64,000 nt of DNA from Poseidonia sp. (GTDB taxonomy: Archaea > Thermoplasmatota > Poseidoniia > Poseidoniales > Poseidoniaceae). Shown piece by piece: positions 18,785 through 28,570 of this stretch. How positions within the stretch are numbered: position 1 is the stretch's first letter; each line of letters begins with the position of its first letter. A program made the position numbers and the translations under genes. Below the pieces are notes generated by a model that saw only the letters and a list, made by a program, of their open reading frames with translations, was not told the DNA's origin and made no database searches. The stretch covers positions 1,436-65,435 of the forward strand of contig JBMYQB010000005.1 in NCBI GenBank assembly GCA_049600935.1. Reading direction: 5' to 3'.

Positions 18785-20308
18785 TCATCCTTTGATGACC
18801 GCAAGTGGATTCATTCTCGCCACCGGTCGAGCGAGGCCGGCTTGAGCCGTTAATCGTATCACTTCATCCACGTCCTTGTAAGCATCAGGGGCCTCTTCGG
18901 AAAGCACATTGGGCGTGGATGCATGAACCCGCACCCCCTGTTGCTCAAGTTGGCGTTTCAAGGCCTTGCCGTCAAGTGTTTTCTTGGCCTGGCTTCGAGA
19001 CAGCGCTCGTCCGGCACCGTGGCATGATGAACCAAAGGCGACGTTGCTTCCTTTCGGAGAACCAGCCATGATCCATGAACCGTTCCCCATGTCTCCCGGC
19101 ACGACCACTGGCTGACCCGTGTCTGAAAACTGCTGGCCGACATCTGGATGATCGCCTCCGAAGGCTCGCGTGGCGCCTTTGCGGTGGACACAACAAGAGC
19201 AGGAACGCCCGTGGACGGTGTGCGTCTCCATTTTTGCAATGTTATGGGCTACATCGTAGAGTGTTCTCGCTTCACCGTCGATGCCCATCTCAAGTTTGAG
19301 CACCGTCCGCAAGCGTTCGGCCAACACAGCTCGGTTTGCGAACGCAAAGTTCGCTGCTGCATTCATCGCTTCGAGGTAGGAACGACCTTCCTTCGAATGA
19401 ACCGGTGCAGCGGCGAGTTGACGGTCAGGAAGAGCATAGTCCCAGCGCTCATTAACCCAGAGGCCGTTCACTTGTTTGTAGGATGATTCCAATTGACGTA
19501 CGTGATCAGTGCACACCTGATGGCCTAATCCACGACTTCCAGAGTGAATCATGGCCACCACTTGGTCTTCGTACAATCCCCAAGCAGACGCCGTTGCCTC
19601 ATCCACGACAGAACCAACGGTTTGGAGTTCAAGGAAATGATTTCCACTGCCCAAGGTCCCAAGGGATTTCATTCCCCGTTCCAAGGCCCGTTGTGAGATG
19701 CTCACCTCCTCGGTTTCGAGGAGTCCGTTCGACTCGAGATGGGGAAGGTCCTCATGATGGCCGTGCCCAAGGTCAACAGCAGCATGTGCACCTCGCTGCA
19801 GGATGTCTTGGAGGTCGGTGCGCGAAATGTCGACGCCGCCTTTTCCTGAACCTCCTGCTGGAATGCGTCCTGCGAGGCGTCCCGCCAATTTTTTCAGATT
19901 AGGTATGTCGTCGACCGTCGCATCAAGCGCCATGAACCGAACACCACAGTTGATGTCAAAGCCCACCCCTCCGGGTGAAATAGCGCCTCCTTCTTCGCCA
20001 AATTCAGTATCGGTGGCGACCACGCCGCCGATTGGAAAGCCGTAGCCGTAGTGCCAATCGGCCATGGCCCACGCCTCACCGACCACGCCCGGCAACGATG
20101 CCGTGTTCACCAGTTGTTCTGGTCCGCGGTCGTCTGCGTGTCGTTCCATGTGGGCTGCGTCCGTGATGAGTCGAGCGTCAACCTTCATGTGGCCGTGGGC
20201 CTTGATTCGCATGGTGCCATCACCTTCATCGGTGAGGTGCTGGCGCCACGACGGTTCCATGGATGTGGCCCTCATCGATGAGATTTGATACTTTGCACAA
20301 TCGACCAT
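18785..20308 (-). CDS. rtcB: RNA-splicing ligase RtcB (3'-phosphate/5'-hydroxy ligase)
   Basis: GGVGFDINCGVR, GSGNHFLE, HSGSRGLGHQV, CCVHRKGATRA, GDMGNGSWIM and SCHGAGR are all RtcB signatures. The true start may be an internal Met (20275 or 20260). Confidence 0.93.
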   Translation of the reverse strand: MVDCAKYQISSMRATSMEPSWRQHLTDEGDGTMRIKAHGHMKVDARLITDAAHMERHADDRGPEQLVNTASLPGVVGEAWAMADWHYGYGFPIGGVVATDTEFGEEGGAISPGGVGFDINCGVRFMALDATVDDIPNLKKLAGRLAGRIPAGGSGKGGVDISRTDLQDILQRGAHAAVDLGHGHHEDLPHLESNGLLETEEVSISQRALERGMKSLGTLGSGNHFLELQTVGSVVDEATASAWGLYEDQVVAMIHSGSRGLGHQVCTDHVRQLESSYKQVNGLWVNERWDYALPDRQLAAAPVHSKEGRSYLEAMNAAANFAFANRAVLAERLRTVLKLEMGIDGEARTLYDVAHNIAKMETHTVHGRSCSCCVHRKGATRAFGGDHPDVGQQFSDTGQPVVVPGDMGNGSWIMAGSPKGSNVAFGSSCHGAGRALSRSQAKKTLDGKALKRQLEQQGVRVHASTPNVLSEEAPDAYKDVDEVIRLTAQAGLARPVARMNPLAVIKG

Positions 20309-20383
20309 CTTGGGCGCTCTTCATCACAGCCTTGAAGGGGTGGCCCTGCTTGGCAAGCATATCCAACAAGGGAGGAAATCTGC

Positions 20384-23230
20384 ATGTCGTTGCCACCGAT
20401 TGACTTGGCTGTTTTCCACGACAACGGGTACGTGAGAAAACAATGCACCGTCACCTCCCTTTGGTTTTGGACTTCAGACCCTGAACGGGAAACCTGTGGA
20501 GATACTTCCGAAGACGAATATACCTTCATCGGCGCCCCCCTTATCGATGGGTTTAACCAACGTGGAAAGGCCTTGAAGGACGCCATGCGAGAAGCCTTTC
20601 TGGGCTTTTTTACAGACCGGGAACATACCCGAATTGACCCCTACCCGGTCCTCGCTCGTTGGCGTGATGACATTCATCTCACGATAGCATCCATTGCCGA
20701 TTTCCAGCCTCACGTGACCTCGGGTGAAGTTGACCCTCCAGCCAATCCGCTTGCTGTTTCTCAGCCTTGTATTCGCCTCACCGATGTTGATGCAGTTGGG
20801 CGTTCAGGACGTCATCTCACCACGTTCGAGATGATGGCTCATCACGTGTTTAATCGACCCGAGGACGGCTTGGAAATCTACTGGATGGAACAATGTGTTC
20901 AGCACTGTCACAGCATGCTCACCGAAACCTTTGGTATCGATGCGAGTGAAATCACCTACGTTGAGAACCCATGGTGTGGTGGTGGAAACGCCGGTGCCGC
21001 TGTTGAAGTGATTGTTGGTGGATTGGAATTGGCAACCCTCGTCTTCATGGATATGGAAGAACACGCTGATGGCGATGTTGAACTCAAGGGTGATCGATAT
21101 CGCACCATGCCGCTTCAAATCATTGACACAGGCTATGGATTGGAACGTTTTTGCTGGGCAGCGGCAGGAACACCCACCATTTACGAGGCCATTTACCCCG
21201 AAACGGTTGCATGGCTCAAGGAATTGTCAGGATTTGAATCGGTTGCCAACCAGTGGCCATCCTTGGATTTGGACCGATTGCTGAGTGAAATGTCACGCCT
21301 CAACGGCATCATGAACATTGAAGCCGGTGTTGACGGTGACATGTTGGTCAATATCTTCCTCACTCGTCTTGGTGAGCGTGGTCTTGACATTTCCAGTGAG
21401 CAATTTTCATCCATCACCGAGCCGCTTGCCAACATTTACGCCATCCCCGACCACCTCCATGCGCTCTGCAATATGCTCGGCGATGGTTTGGTGCCCTCAA
21501 ACGCGAAAGCGGGCTATCTGGCACGCATGCTCGCTCGTCGAGTCCTGCGAATGCGTGACGAATTGGCGATTTCTGTCCCGTTGTCAGAATTGGCGTCGCA
21601 TCACCTTGAGGTGAACATGGGCGGGCAATTGAACAAGCAAACAAAGGAGGGTTTGCTGACGATTTTGGCCCTTGAGGAAGAGCGCTATGCTGAGATGCTC
21701 AGAAAAGGAACCAACGTGATACAAACCCAACTCAAGTCCTTGCCGAAGGAAAGTGATTCCATTCCTGATGAACAATTGTTCACCATGAACGATTCCCATG
21801 GCCTTGCGCCGGACATGGCCATTACGCTCGCCCGACAAGCAGGTTGGGCGATGGTCAGCCTCCGAACTGGATTCTCAGCAGAGATGGCCGAACGCCACGC
21901 ACGGATGGCCAAAGAAGCCGCCAAGGGCACCGATGATTCATCGCATGGCCTCCAAACCGGTGGCCTTCCTCCAACCGATCCGATGTACTACGATAGGGTC
22001 TACGAACCTACGTTTGAAGCCAGCGTGCTTGCATGTCTTGCCAGCGAAGGTCAAGGCCCAACAGGCTCCAGCCATGCCATGGTTCTCGACTCAACGTTGT
22101 TTTACCCTGAGGGTGGTGGACAAGAAGGCGATCACGGACACTTCATTCAAGGTGATGTCAAGGTCAATGTCCTTGATACGCAAAAGGTCGGCGACGTCAT
22201 TGTTCACTACACCGACGGGGCCCTCGCTGCGGGCACGAACGTCGTTGGCCATCTTGATTGGAAACGCCGTAAGCAATTGATGGACCACCACACCGCTGTT
22301 CACATCGTTGGTGGTGCTGCTCGTCGTCTCTTAGGGCCCCATATTTTCCAGGCCGGTTCTCACCTTAGCGTGGACAGCGGTCGTTTGGACATCACGCACT
22401 ATCACCGATTGACGCGGGCTGACTTGGACGCCATGGAGGACATGGCGAACGACGTGCTCAGTGACGTCAGCAACACGGAAAAATCTCAGTTGAATCGAAA
22501 AGATGCGGACATCATCCATGGATTTGACCTCTATCAAGGTGGAGCGCCCAAAGGCGATTCCATTCGGATTCTGAAAATTGCCGAACACGATATTCAAGCC
22601 TGTGGAGGTACTCATCATGATGAACCCGGACAAATTGGTTCAATTCGTATCGTTCGCTCGACCGCTGTCCAAGACGGTGTTGAGCGTTTGCACATCGTGG
22701 CTGGAGATGCAGCGCTGGCCTATGCGCGAGCACAAGATGAACTGGTTCGTGCGTCGAGTGAAGTGTTCGGGGTTCACGGTGATGACTTACCAAAAGCAGC
22801 CGCTCGATTCTTCAAGGAATGGAAGGAACAGCGGAAGTTGATTGAACAACTCGAATCGGAGATTGTCCGTCTCCGTACCAGCGGAGGTGGCGATGCGTCC
22901 ACCGATGTTGACGGTGTTCGTGTGGTTGTTATGGAAATAGACGGCGACCTCAAATCAATGACGACGATGCTCAAGGAGTTGACACTGGACGCTGCTGTGC
23001 CAACCCTTGCCGTCCTCGGTTCAAAGGACGGTGGTGGAAAACTCATGATTGGCATCACCGAAAACACGGTAGCCAGCGAGCGCTACAATGCTGTTGATTT
23101 GCTTCGGTCAATTTCCTCTTACATTCGTGGAGGCGGCGGTGGCCGGCCGACCTTTGCTCAAGGCGGTGGCTCACACGCAGAAGGTCTCTCGGCAGCTTTG
23201 GATGCTGCACGAGAACAATTGGGGCTCTGA
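20384..23230 (+). CDS. alaS: alanine--tRNA ligase, archaeal type
   Basis: 948 aa. Class II core, editing-domain HHTAVHIVGG...CGGTHH, C-terminal DHHA1-like GGGGGRPTFAQGGG. GGGAGG lies about 9 nt upstream of the ATG. Confidence 0.93.
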   Translation: MSLPPIDLAVFHDNGYVRKQCTVTSLWFWTSDPERETCGDTSEDEYTFIGAPLIDGFNQRGKALKDAMREAFLGFFTDREHTRIDPYPVLARWRDDIHLTIASIADFQPHVTSGEVDPPANPLAVSQPCIRLTDVDAVGRSGRHLTTFEMMAHHVFNRPEDGLEIYWMEQCVQHCHSMLTETFGIDASEITYVENPWCGGGNAGAAVEVIVGGLELATLVFMDMEEHADGDVELKGDRYRTMPLQIIDTGYGLERFCWAAAGTPTIYEAIYPETVAWLKELSGFESVANQWPSLDLDRLLSEMSRLNGIMNIEAGVDGDMLVNIFLTRLGERGLDISSEQFSSITEPLANIYAIPDHLHALCNMLGDGLVPSNAKAGYLARMLARRVLRMRDELAISVPLSELASHHLEVNMGGQLNKQTKEGLLTILALEEERYAEMLRKGTNVIQTQLKSLPKESDSIPDEQLFTMNDSHGLAPDMAITLARQAGWAMVSLRTGFSAEMAERHARMAKEAAKGTDDSSHGLQTGGLPPTDPMYYDRVYEPTFEASVLACLASEGQGPTGSSHAMVLDSTLFYPEGGGQEGDHGHFIQGDVKVNVLDTQKVGDVIVHYTDGALAAGTNVVGHLDWKRRKQLMDHHTAVHIVGGAARRLLGPHIFQAGSHLSVDSGRLDITHYHRLTRADLDAMEDMANDVLSDVSNTEKSQLNRKDADIIHGFDLYQGGAPKGDSIRILKIAEHDIQACGGTHHDEPGQIGSIRIVRSTAVQDGVERLHIVAGDAALAYARAQDELVRASSEVFGVHGDDLPKAAARFFKEWKEQRKLIEQLESEIVRLRTSGGGDASTDVDGVRVVVMEIDGDLKSMTTMLKELTLDAAVPTLAVLGSKDGGGKLMIGITENTVASERYNAVDLLRSISSYIRGGGGGRPTFAQGGGSHAEGLSAALDAAREQLGL

Positions 23231-24004
23231 TCAAAGCAGGCTTCTGAGCGCTTCCCTGTCAAAGTGAGAAACAGCTTGCTGGTAGGCTTCGTTTGCAGGA
23301 AACCATGCGGCTTCAGAGATTTCCTCCGTTTGTAGGGTCAACTCGCTGAGGTCGCCGTTCCACGTAGAACGATAGGTGAACGAAACAAAGGAAATCCCTT
23401 CGTCATTAAACACCCGTTGCGTGATTACAGGTTCGATATTGTCGAGCACAATGGTCAATCCAAGTTCTTCTAGGGTTTCCCGAACGCATCCAACAGCCGG
23501 ATGTTCGTCGTGGTCCATGTACCCGCCGGGAAGAGTCCAAAATCCACGAAAATGACCACGCTCAACACGCCCCATTAGCACCTCTCCATCGTCGTTGCAT
23601 ACCATCACTTTTGCAACAAGCCGGTGAATGGACCTGTATATGGCGTCCCGAGCCACGGGATGAACAGCGTTGTCAGAGGCACACCTGTCTTTCCACGCCC
23701 AGTCTTTTGGCCAATCAACCCGGGGGTATCCTTTGACCACCCTGTATTGGGATTCACCGTACCGAAGCACAACCGTGCCTTTTTCTTCAAACTCTATGGC
23801 CAATTTCTGCAGTTCTTTACGTGTCGGAAATCGAAGACCGTCCTGAGAATCGGTTCGTCCCTGTACCGGGCGTTGAGGGCCACGACCTTGTTCATCAACA
23901 AGAAGCACCTTTCCATCGTGTTCGAGGTACACAACTTCAACGGGGTGCATGTGAACCTCCACCCTGTGCTGCGTCATCAATTCTCGCATCAAGGCAAGAC
24001 TCAT
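23231..24004 (-). CDS. NUDIX hydrolase with an N-terminal extension of about 125 aa
   Basis: Nudix box GGYMDHDEHPAVGCVRETLEELGL (Gx5Ex7REUxEExGU). Its ATG overlaps the rmuC stop (ATGA, 24001-24004). Confidence 0.85.
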   Translation of the reverse strand: MSLALMRELMTQHRVEVHMHPVEVVYLEHDGKVLLVDEQGRGPQRPVQGRTDSQDGLRFPTRKELQKLAIEFEEKGTVVLRYGESQYRVVKGYPRVDWPKDWAWKDRCASDNAVHPVARDAIYRSIHRLVAKVMVCNDDGEVLMGRVERGHFRGFWTLPGGYMDHDEHPAVGCVRETLEELGLTIVLDNIEPVITQRVFNDEGISFVSFTYRSTWNGDLSELTLQTEEISEAAWFPANEAYQQAVSHFDREALRSLL

Positions 24005-25206
24005 TCTTTCGGATGGTCGATGTCCTTTGGTTCAGGCAGCGTCGCTTGGAGCGTCTCACTCACCTTGAGTTCCTCAAGGCGACGTCCTTGCGGAAGCACG
24101 CGACCTTCGTAGGAATTCATCGTGGCATCGTAAGCCTTCGCCGCCTTCGACAGGTGGCCGCCCACTTTCTGGAAATGGTCGATCATGGTCGTGATTCGCT
24201 TGTACAACTCCCTTGATACATCGTAGATTTCCTTTGCTCCCTCAGCAAGTGCGTGTTGTTGCCAATAAAGCGCCACGGTACGAAGAAGCCCCAGCATGGT
24301 CACTGGGGTGGCCACAAGCACCGATTTACTCATGGCATAATCCATCAAATCCGGGTCAATCGAGAAGGCTGCGGCGGCCATGGCTTCGCTTGGAACAAAC
24401 ATGACAACATGGTCAAATTCACCCTCGATGTTCTCCTGATAGGACTTTTTGCTAAGTTCAGTGATCCTGGACTTCATCGCCGTTGCGTGCTTACGGATCA
24501 ACTCATCTTGTTCGGGGCCAGGGTCCAATTCTGCTGCTTGCAGGAAATGTGCTCCTGTCGCTTTGGAGTCGATGGGAATGACACCTTCCTGTGGTAAGGC
24601 AACGACAAAATCAGGTCGTGTGCCATCGGTCAGGGTGACCTGCTCAGAGAAATCGATGTGTTCGCTCAAGCCCGCCATCTCGAACAAGCGTCGCAACTTG
24701 ACCTCGCCCCAGTTGCCTCGAGCCTGACTTGAGGTGGTCAACGCCGTCGACAAAGCCGTCGTTCGGCTTGAGAGGGATTCAGTTTTTTCCCCGAGTTCCT
24801 TGAGGTGTCGCTTGAGCCCTTCGTAAGCCCCAACCCGTTCTTTTTCCATGTCCGTGTTCAACGTCATGAGACGAGCCATTTCTTCCTGGATTGGCTTGAT
24901 GAGGTTGGCCACCTCAAGTTTTCGTGTTTCAAGGGCATGCTCGGCATCCTTTTGTTGCGCAGTAAATCGGTCTTGTGCCATTTGAAGGAAGCGAGCGGAA
25001 TTTTCTTCGCCGACCTTGGTGGCGATGTTCTCAACTTCTGCCCGGATTCGTTGTTCGTTCGTTTCCGCCGCCTCTTCGTTTGCTTTGAGGCGTTCTTCCG
25101 CACGGATGAGTTTTGCCGATGTGGCCTGTTTGGCCAAGAGCCATCCGAGCGCTCCACCGATTCCGAGTCCCACGACGAGCAGACCGTATTCAACGAGGGC
25201 TGTCAT
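24001..25206 (-). CDS. rmuC: DNA recombination protein RmuC family (N-terminal TM, coiled coil, PD-(D/E)xK-like nuclease domain)
   Basis: GTRPDFVVALPQEGVIPIDSKA, HVVMFVPSEAMAAAA, VLVATPVTMLGLLRTVALYW. I start it at the ATG at 25206 (MTALVEYGLLVVGLGIGG...). The longer ORF to 25497 would run through the neighbouring MBL gene start. Confidence 0.85.
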   Translation of the reverse strand: MTALVEYGLLVVGLGIGGALGWLLAKQATSAKLIRAEERLKANEEAAETNEQRIRAEVENIATKVGEENSARFLQMAQDRFTAQQKDAEHALETRKLEVANLIKPIQEEMARLMTLNTDMEKERVGAYEGLKRHLKELGEKTESLSSRTTALSTALTTSSQARGNWGEVKLRRLFEMAGLSEHIDFSEQVTLTDGTRPDFVVALPQEGVIPIDSKATGAHFLQAAELDPGPEQDELIRKHATAMKSRITELSKKSYQENIEGEFDHVVMFVPSEAMAAAAFSIDPDLMDYAMSKSVLVATPVTMLGLLRTVALYWQQHALAEGAKEIYDVSRELYKRITTMIDHFQKVGGHLSKAAKAYDATMNSYEGRVLPQGRRLEELKVSETLQATLPEPKDIDHPKE

Positions 25207-25284
25207 GGTGAAACATTCATGACGACAGTATATGATGAATACCCATTGTGAACCTTCAAAGCGAAGCAGGAGGTGGAGTGATTC

Positions 25285-25995
25285 ATGCGGTTTGAGCAAC
25301 TGAACGAAGGCGTGTGGGCGATGACCTACCTTATCGTCGATGAAGAGACGCAACAGGCGGCGCTTGTTGACCCCGTTTACGACTTTCTGGAGACCTACAT
25401 CTCCCTCATCAAAGAACAAGGTCTGAACCTTGTTTACGCCATTGCGACCCACACCCACGCAGACCACATCACGGCGTGCTTCACCTTGCGAGAGCAATTC
25501 GGGTGCGACTACGTCATGTCACACGAAACGGCTAGCCTCGCTGTATCTCGGTACGTTGAGGATGAGGAAACGATCATGCTCGGTTCCATTCCGATTCAGT
25601 TTCACGCCTCTCCCGGCCATACCAACGACTCCATGATCGTCCACGTACCCGGGTACATGATGACCGGTGACTTCCTGTTCAACGGTGAAGGTGGTGTTGG
25701 CCGAGACGATCTTCCAAGCGGCCGCGTGCAGGTGCACTGGGATGCACTGTCCGTACTCGACAGGTTTGAGGGCCATACCATCGTTTGTTCGGGGCACGAC
25801 CCTCCGGGGACCACCATGATGTCGCTGGATTGGAACAAGGAACACAATCCCATTCTTTCCATGGCTGATTTTGAGACCTTCCGAGCGTGGCAGGAAGCGA
25901 CCGCTGCAAAACTTGGCGGTGTTTCAAAAATCAAGACGGCGATTCCTGCCAATCTCTTCGGAGAAGTACCCGAACACATCCCGTGGTTGGACTGA
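25285..25995 (+). CDS. MBL-fold metallo-hydrolase (glyoxalase II / persulfide dioxygenase-like)
   Basis: HxHxDH motif ATHTHADHITA, later SPGHTNDS and CSGHD. GGAGGTGGAG lies upstream of the ATG. Confidence 0.8.
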   Translation: MRFEQLNEGVWAMTYLIVDEETQQAALVDPVYDFLETYISLIKEQGLNLVYAIATHTHADHITACFTLREQFGCDYVMSHETASLAVSRYVEDEETIMLGSIPIQFHASPGHTNDSMIVHVPGYMMTGDFLFNGEGGVGRDDLPSGRVQVHWDALSVLDRFEGHTIVCSGHDPPGTTMMSLDWNKEHNPILSMADFETFRAWQEATAAKLGGVSKIKTAIPANLFGEVPEHIPWLD

Positions 25996-25997
25996 AT

Positions 25998-27197
25998 TCA
26001 CTTTTTGAGTGGATTGTCCGGAGCCTTGGTGTTTTTCGGAATGGTCGGGAGGTTTTGCAATTCTTCGAAGGAGAGTTGTTGTGGATTGGTCGTTTCAAAG
26101 GCCGAAAGCCGCTCTTCCATTCCCATTCGAACGTTGAAATCAATACGGCCTTTGGAGCGAGTAAGGTCGTAGGATAACGGCTGAAGACGTTCAATGACTT
26201 GCTCTTCAAAGTCGTGTCGTACCCGCTCGCCGCGCCACGACGAATAGCCCCAACGGTAGGATATTCCAACCATGGCTGCCCCGTAGAGCAACGTTAGCAC
26301 GACGGTGGCGAAGAGGATGGGGTTACCGTCCACATCTCTTGATTCCTCGAGCAGGTTTCGGCCGAGCAAAAAGAGGAGACCGATCCCCACAACCGGGTTA
26401 AGGACGCCCTCCAACCATTGGTTCACCGGAACAAGACGTCCTTTTGCAGGGTCGACGAACACAAGGTCGGCTTCGAACGCCGTATTCAAGACCGATAAGA
26501 CGGAGAGCAGCACCATGTAGAGGAAGGAAGAAACAATGAGTTCAACCGTCCATGAATCGAGGTCGAGAATCCAATGGACAATGAGCCAGGCAAACAACCC
26601 TAGGAAGGCCGCTTGTGGGACATAATTGAAGTGTTCAATATGCTGGGAGAACTCTGTCAACGACTTTCGCTGCTCTCGAGTCCCTCGGTGTGGTTTCGGG
26701 ATGTGAATCACTTGCCAATGCATCAATCGTTCAATCGTCTTGAGCGTCCAAATGAGCAGTTTTCTCCGAATTAACATGTACTCCATGAAGAGCATGAAGG
26801 GAAAACCGATGAGGACGAGGGGTAAGGCCATGATTGCTGAGAGCGGTAAAATGAGAAGAGCGGGGAGTAACAGAAAATGAGACAGGGTCAGGGGGTGGAG
26901 CATTTCGGCCTCGATCAGCCGCTGTTTTGCAGGCGGAATTCGAAGGTTTCGAGCGATGTCGTCCAAGGTTTGTGAAAACGCAGATACTTGGTGTCCAGAG
27001 TCCAGAATTTGTCGGACGATGGTGCGGTACTCCGAGACCTCGTGACCAACGCCAACCCAGAACTGCCAGGCGAGTCGCATCGGTAGGGCCAAGATGAGCG
27101 GTAACGCCAAAATCCCAGCACCCCAAAGGAGTTCTTGCATTTCGGTCTCCACAGTTCTTCCTCGTACAAGCCACTCGCTTGGGGTTGTTGAAAACAA
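25998..27197 (-). CDS. hypothetical polytopic membrane protein (399 aa)
   Basis: Multiple hydrophobic helices with no recognised motif. The start may be the internal Met at 27140. Confidence 0.5.
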   Translation of the reverse strand: MFSTTPSEWLVRGRTVETEMQELLWGAGILALPLILALPMRLAWQFWVGVGHEVSEYRTIVRQILDSGHQVSAFSQTLDDIARNLRIPPAKQRLIEAEMLHPLTLSHFLLLPALLILPLSAIMALPLVLIGFPFMLFMEYMLIRRKLLIWTLKTIERLMHWQVIHIPKPHRGTREQRKSLTEFSQHIEHFNYVPQAAFLGLFAWLIVHWILDLDSWTVELIVSSFLYMVLLSVLSVLNTAFEADLVFVDPAKGRLVPVNQWLEGVLNPVVGIGLLFLLGRNLLEESRDVDGNPILFATVVLTLLYGAAMVGISYRWGYSSWRGERVRHDFEEQVIERLQPLSYDLTRSKGRIDFNVRMGMEERLSAFETTNPQQLSFEELQNLPTIPKNTKAPDNPLKK

Positions 27198-27252
27198 CGG
27201 TCACCCGTGGACAAAACCCAATGTTCTAACGCCTTCGTGTCACCATCGACCC

Positions 27253-28236
27253 ATGGCAAGGGTTGCCGTCACCGACGGAATGGACAAAAAAGCGGTTGCG
27301 CGTTTGAAAAAAGCAGGCCACGAGGTGGTGCTCGAGCATATCAACCCTGACGACTTGCTGGCCGGTGCCTTGGAATCCTTTGATGCCATCATCGTTCGCA
27401 GCGCTACCAAACTGACGTCCGAGGTGCTGAAGGCTTCGGGTGAACGACTGAAGGTCATCGGCCGAGCAGGCGTAGGCGTTGACAACATTGACCTCAAAAC
27501 TGCGGGCCAGCGGGGCATAAAAGTCGTGAACGCACCTCGTGCAAGCACCCAATCTGTGGTTGAGTTGACGCTCGGACATTTGCTTGCCTCCATACGTCAC
27601 CTACCCCGAGCAGACCGCTCCCTGCGAAACGGCAAATGGGAGAAAAAAGCGATGAACGGCTCAGAACTTTCTGGAAAAGCGCTCGGTTTGATTGGGTTTG
27701 GGCGAATTGCCCAGTCTGTGGGACGCATCGCCCAAGCGATTGGCATGGAGATTCACGCCTACGACCCGTATCTTCCGCCAAAGATTGCGAAGTCTCAGGG
27801 AACACGGCTCCACAAATCCCTTGAATCACTGTTCTCCAACTGCACGCACATTTCCATTCATTGTAATTTGACAGATGAAACGCACCACCTCGTCAATGCT
27901 GAACGTCTTGCCTCCATGCCCCACATCGGCAAAGACGGTGCTCGCTGTGGCAGCCACATCATCAACTGTGCACGCGGTGGCATCGTGGACGAAGATGCGG
28001 TCGTCGAGGCGCTTGAATCAGGCGTACTTACCTCCGCTGCTCTCGATGTCTTTGAAGTCGAACCGGTTGACCCATCTCATCCCCTGCTCCAAATGGAACA
28101 CTTTCACGGAACGCCGCACATTGGGGCCTCTACCGTAGAGGCTCAAGGACGCGTCGGCATGGACATCGTCACGAACGTGATGGATGTGCTTCAGGACCGC
28201 CCGTGCGATTTCATCGTCAACGGTTCATTCCTGTAA
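27253..28236 (+). CDS. D-isomer-specific 2-hydroxyacid dehydrogenase; short D-3-phosphoglycerate dehydrogenase-like enzyme without an ACT domain
   Basis: GRAGVGVDNIDL, NAD-binding GLIGFGRIAQSVG, NCARGGIVDE, TPHIGAST. I start it at the ATG at 27253 (MARVAVTDGMD); the ORF-track start at 27094 overlaps the upstream gene. Confidence 0.85.
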   Translation: MARVAVTDGMDKKAVARLKKAGHEVVLEHINPDDLLAGALESFDAIIVRSATKLTSEVLKASGERLKVIGRAGVGVDNIDLKTAGQRGIKVVNAPRASTQSVVELTLGHLLASIRHLPRADRSLRNGKWEKKAMNGSELSGKALGLIGFGRIAQSVGRIAQAIGMEIHAYDPYLPPKIAKSQGTRLHKSLESLFSNCTHISIHCNLTDETHHLVNAERLASMPHIGKDGARCGSHIINCARGGIVDEDAVVEALESGVLTSAALDVFEVEPVDPSHPLLQMEHFHGTPHIGASTVEAQGRVGMDIVTNVMDVLQDRPCDFIVNGSFL

Positions 28237-28300
28237 CACTTTCACTTTCAACGACTGGGTCTTGAATAAGCATCCCTTGCTTCTCGGGTCTCGTAGCGTT

Positions 28301-28570
28301 ATGGGTCGAAGTGTGCCGCCATGGCGAACGCGAGTGGAAGACGAGTTGCAACACTTGATGCCCTATCGTCGGGCGCTGTCTTGTGTGGATCAAGCGGCGT
28401 TTGATGCGCTGCTCAATGAGGTGCGACAGCGTCGTTCTGCGGGAGGTCTCCTCCCCGCATTGAACACATGGCAGCCCATGGTGCTCAACATGCTGGTTGG
28501 ATTGATGGCGCAAGTCTCGCACCTAACGGCCCGAATAGAAGCACTTGAGGAACGGCGTAGCGATGATTGA
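28301..28570 (+). CDS. small hypothetical protein (89 aa) translationally coupled to polB
   Basis: ATG at 28301. Its stop (28568-28570) overlaps the polB ATG at 28563 (ATGATTGA). The C-terminus is helical (VSHLTARIEALEERR). No family recognised. Confidence 0.5.
   Translation: MGRSVPPWRTRVEDELQHLMPYRRALSCVDQAAFDALLNEVRQRRSAGGLLPALNTWQPMVLNMLVGLMAQVSHLTARIEALEERRSDD

Noticed and set aside
25207-25497. N-terminal 97-aa extension of the RmuC ORF given in the ORF track (to 25497)
   Set aside because: The extension overlaps the SD and start of the divergent MBL-fold gene (25285) and has no RmuC-like sequence. The ATG at 25206 yields the expected N-terminal TM helix.
27094-27252. N-terminal extension of the 2-hydroxyacid dehydrogenase ORF
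   Set aside because: It overlaps the upstream minus-strand membrane gene. The dehydrogenase fold begins at MARVAVTDG (ATG at 27253).
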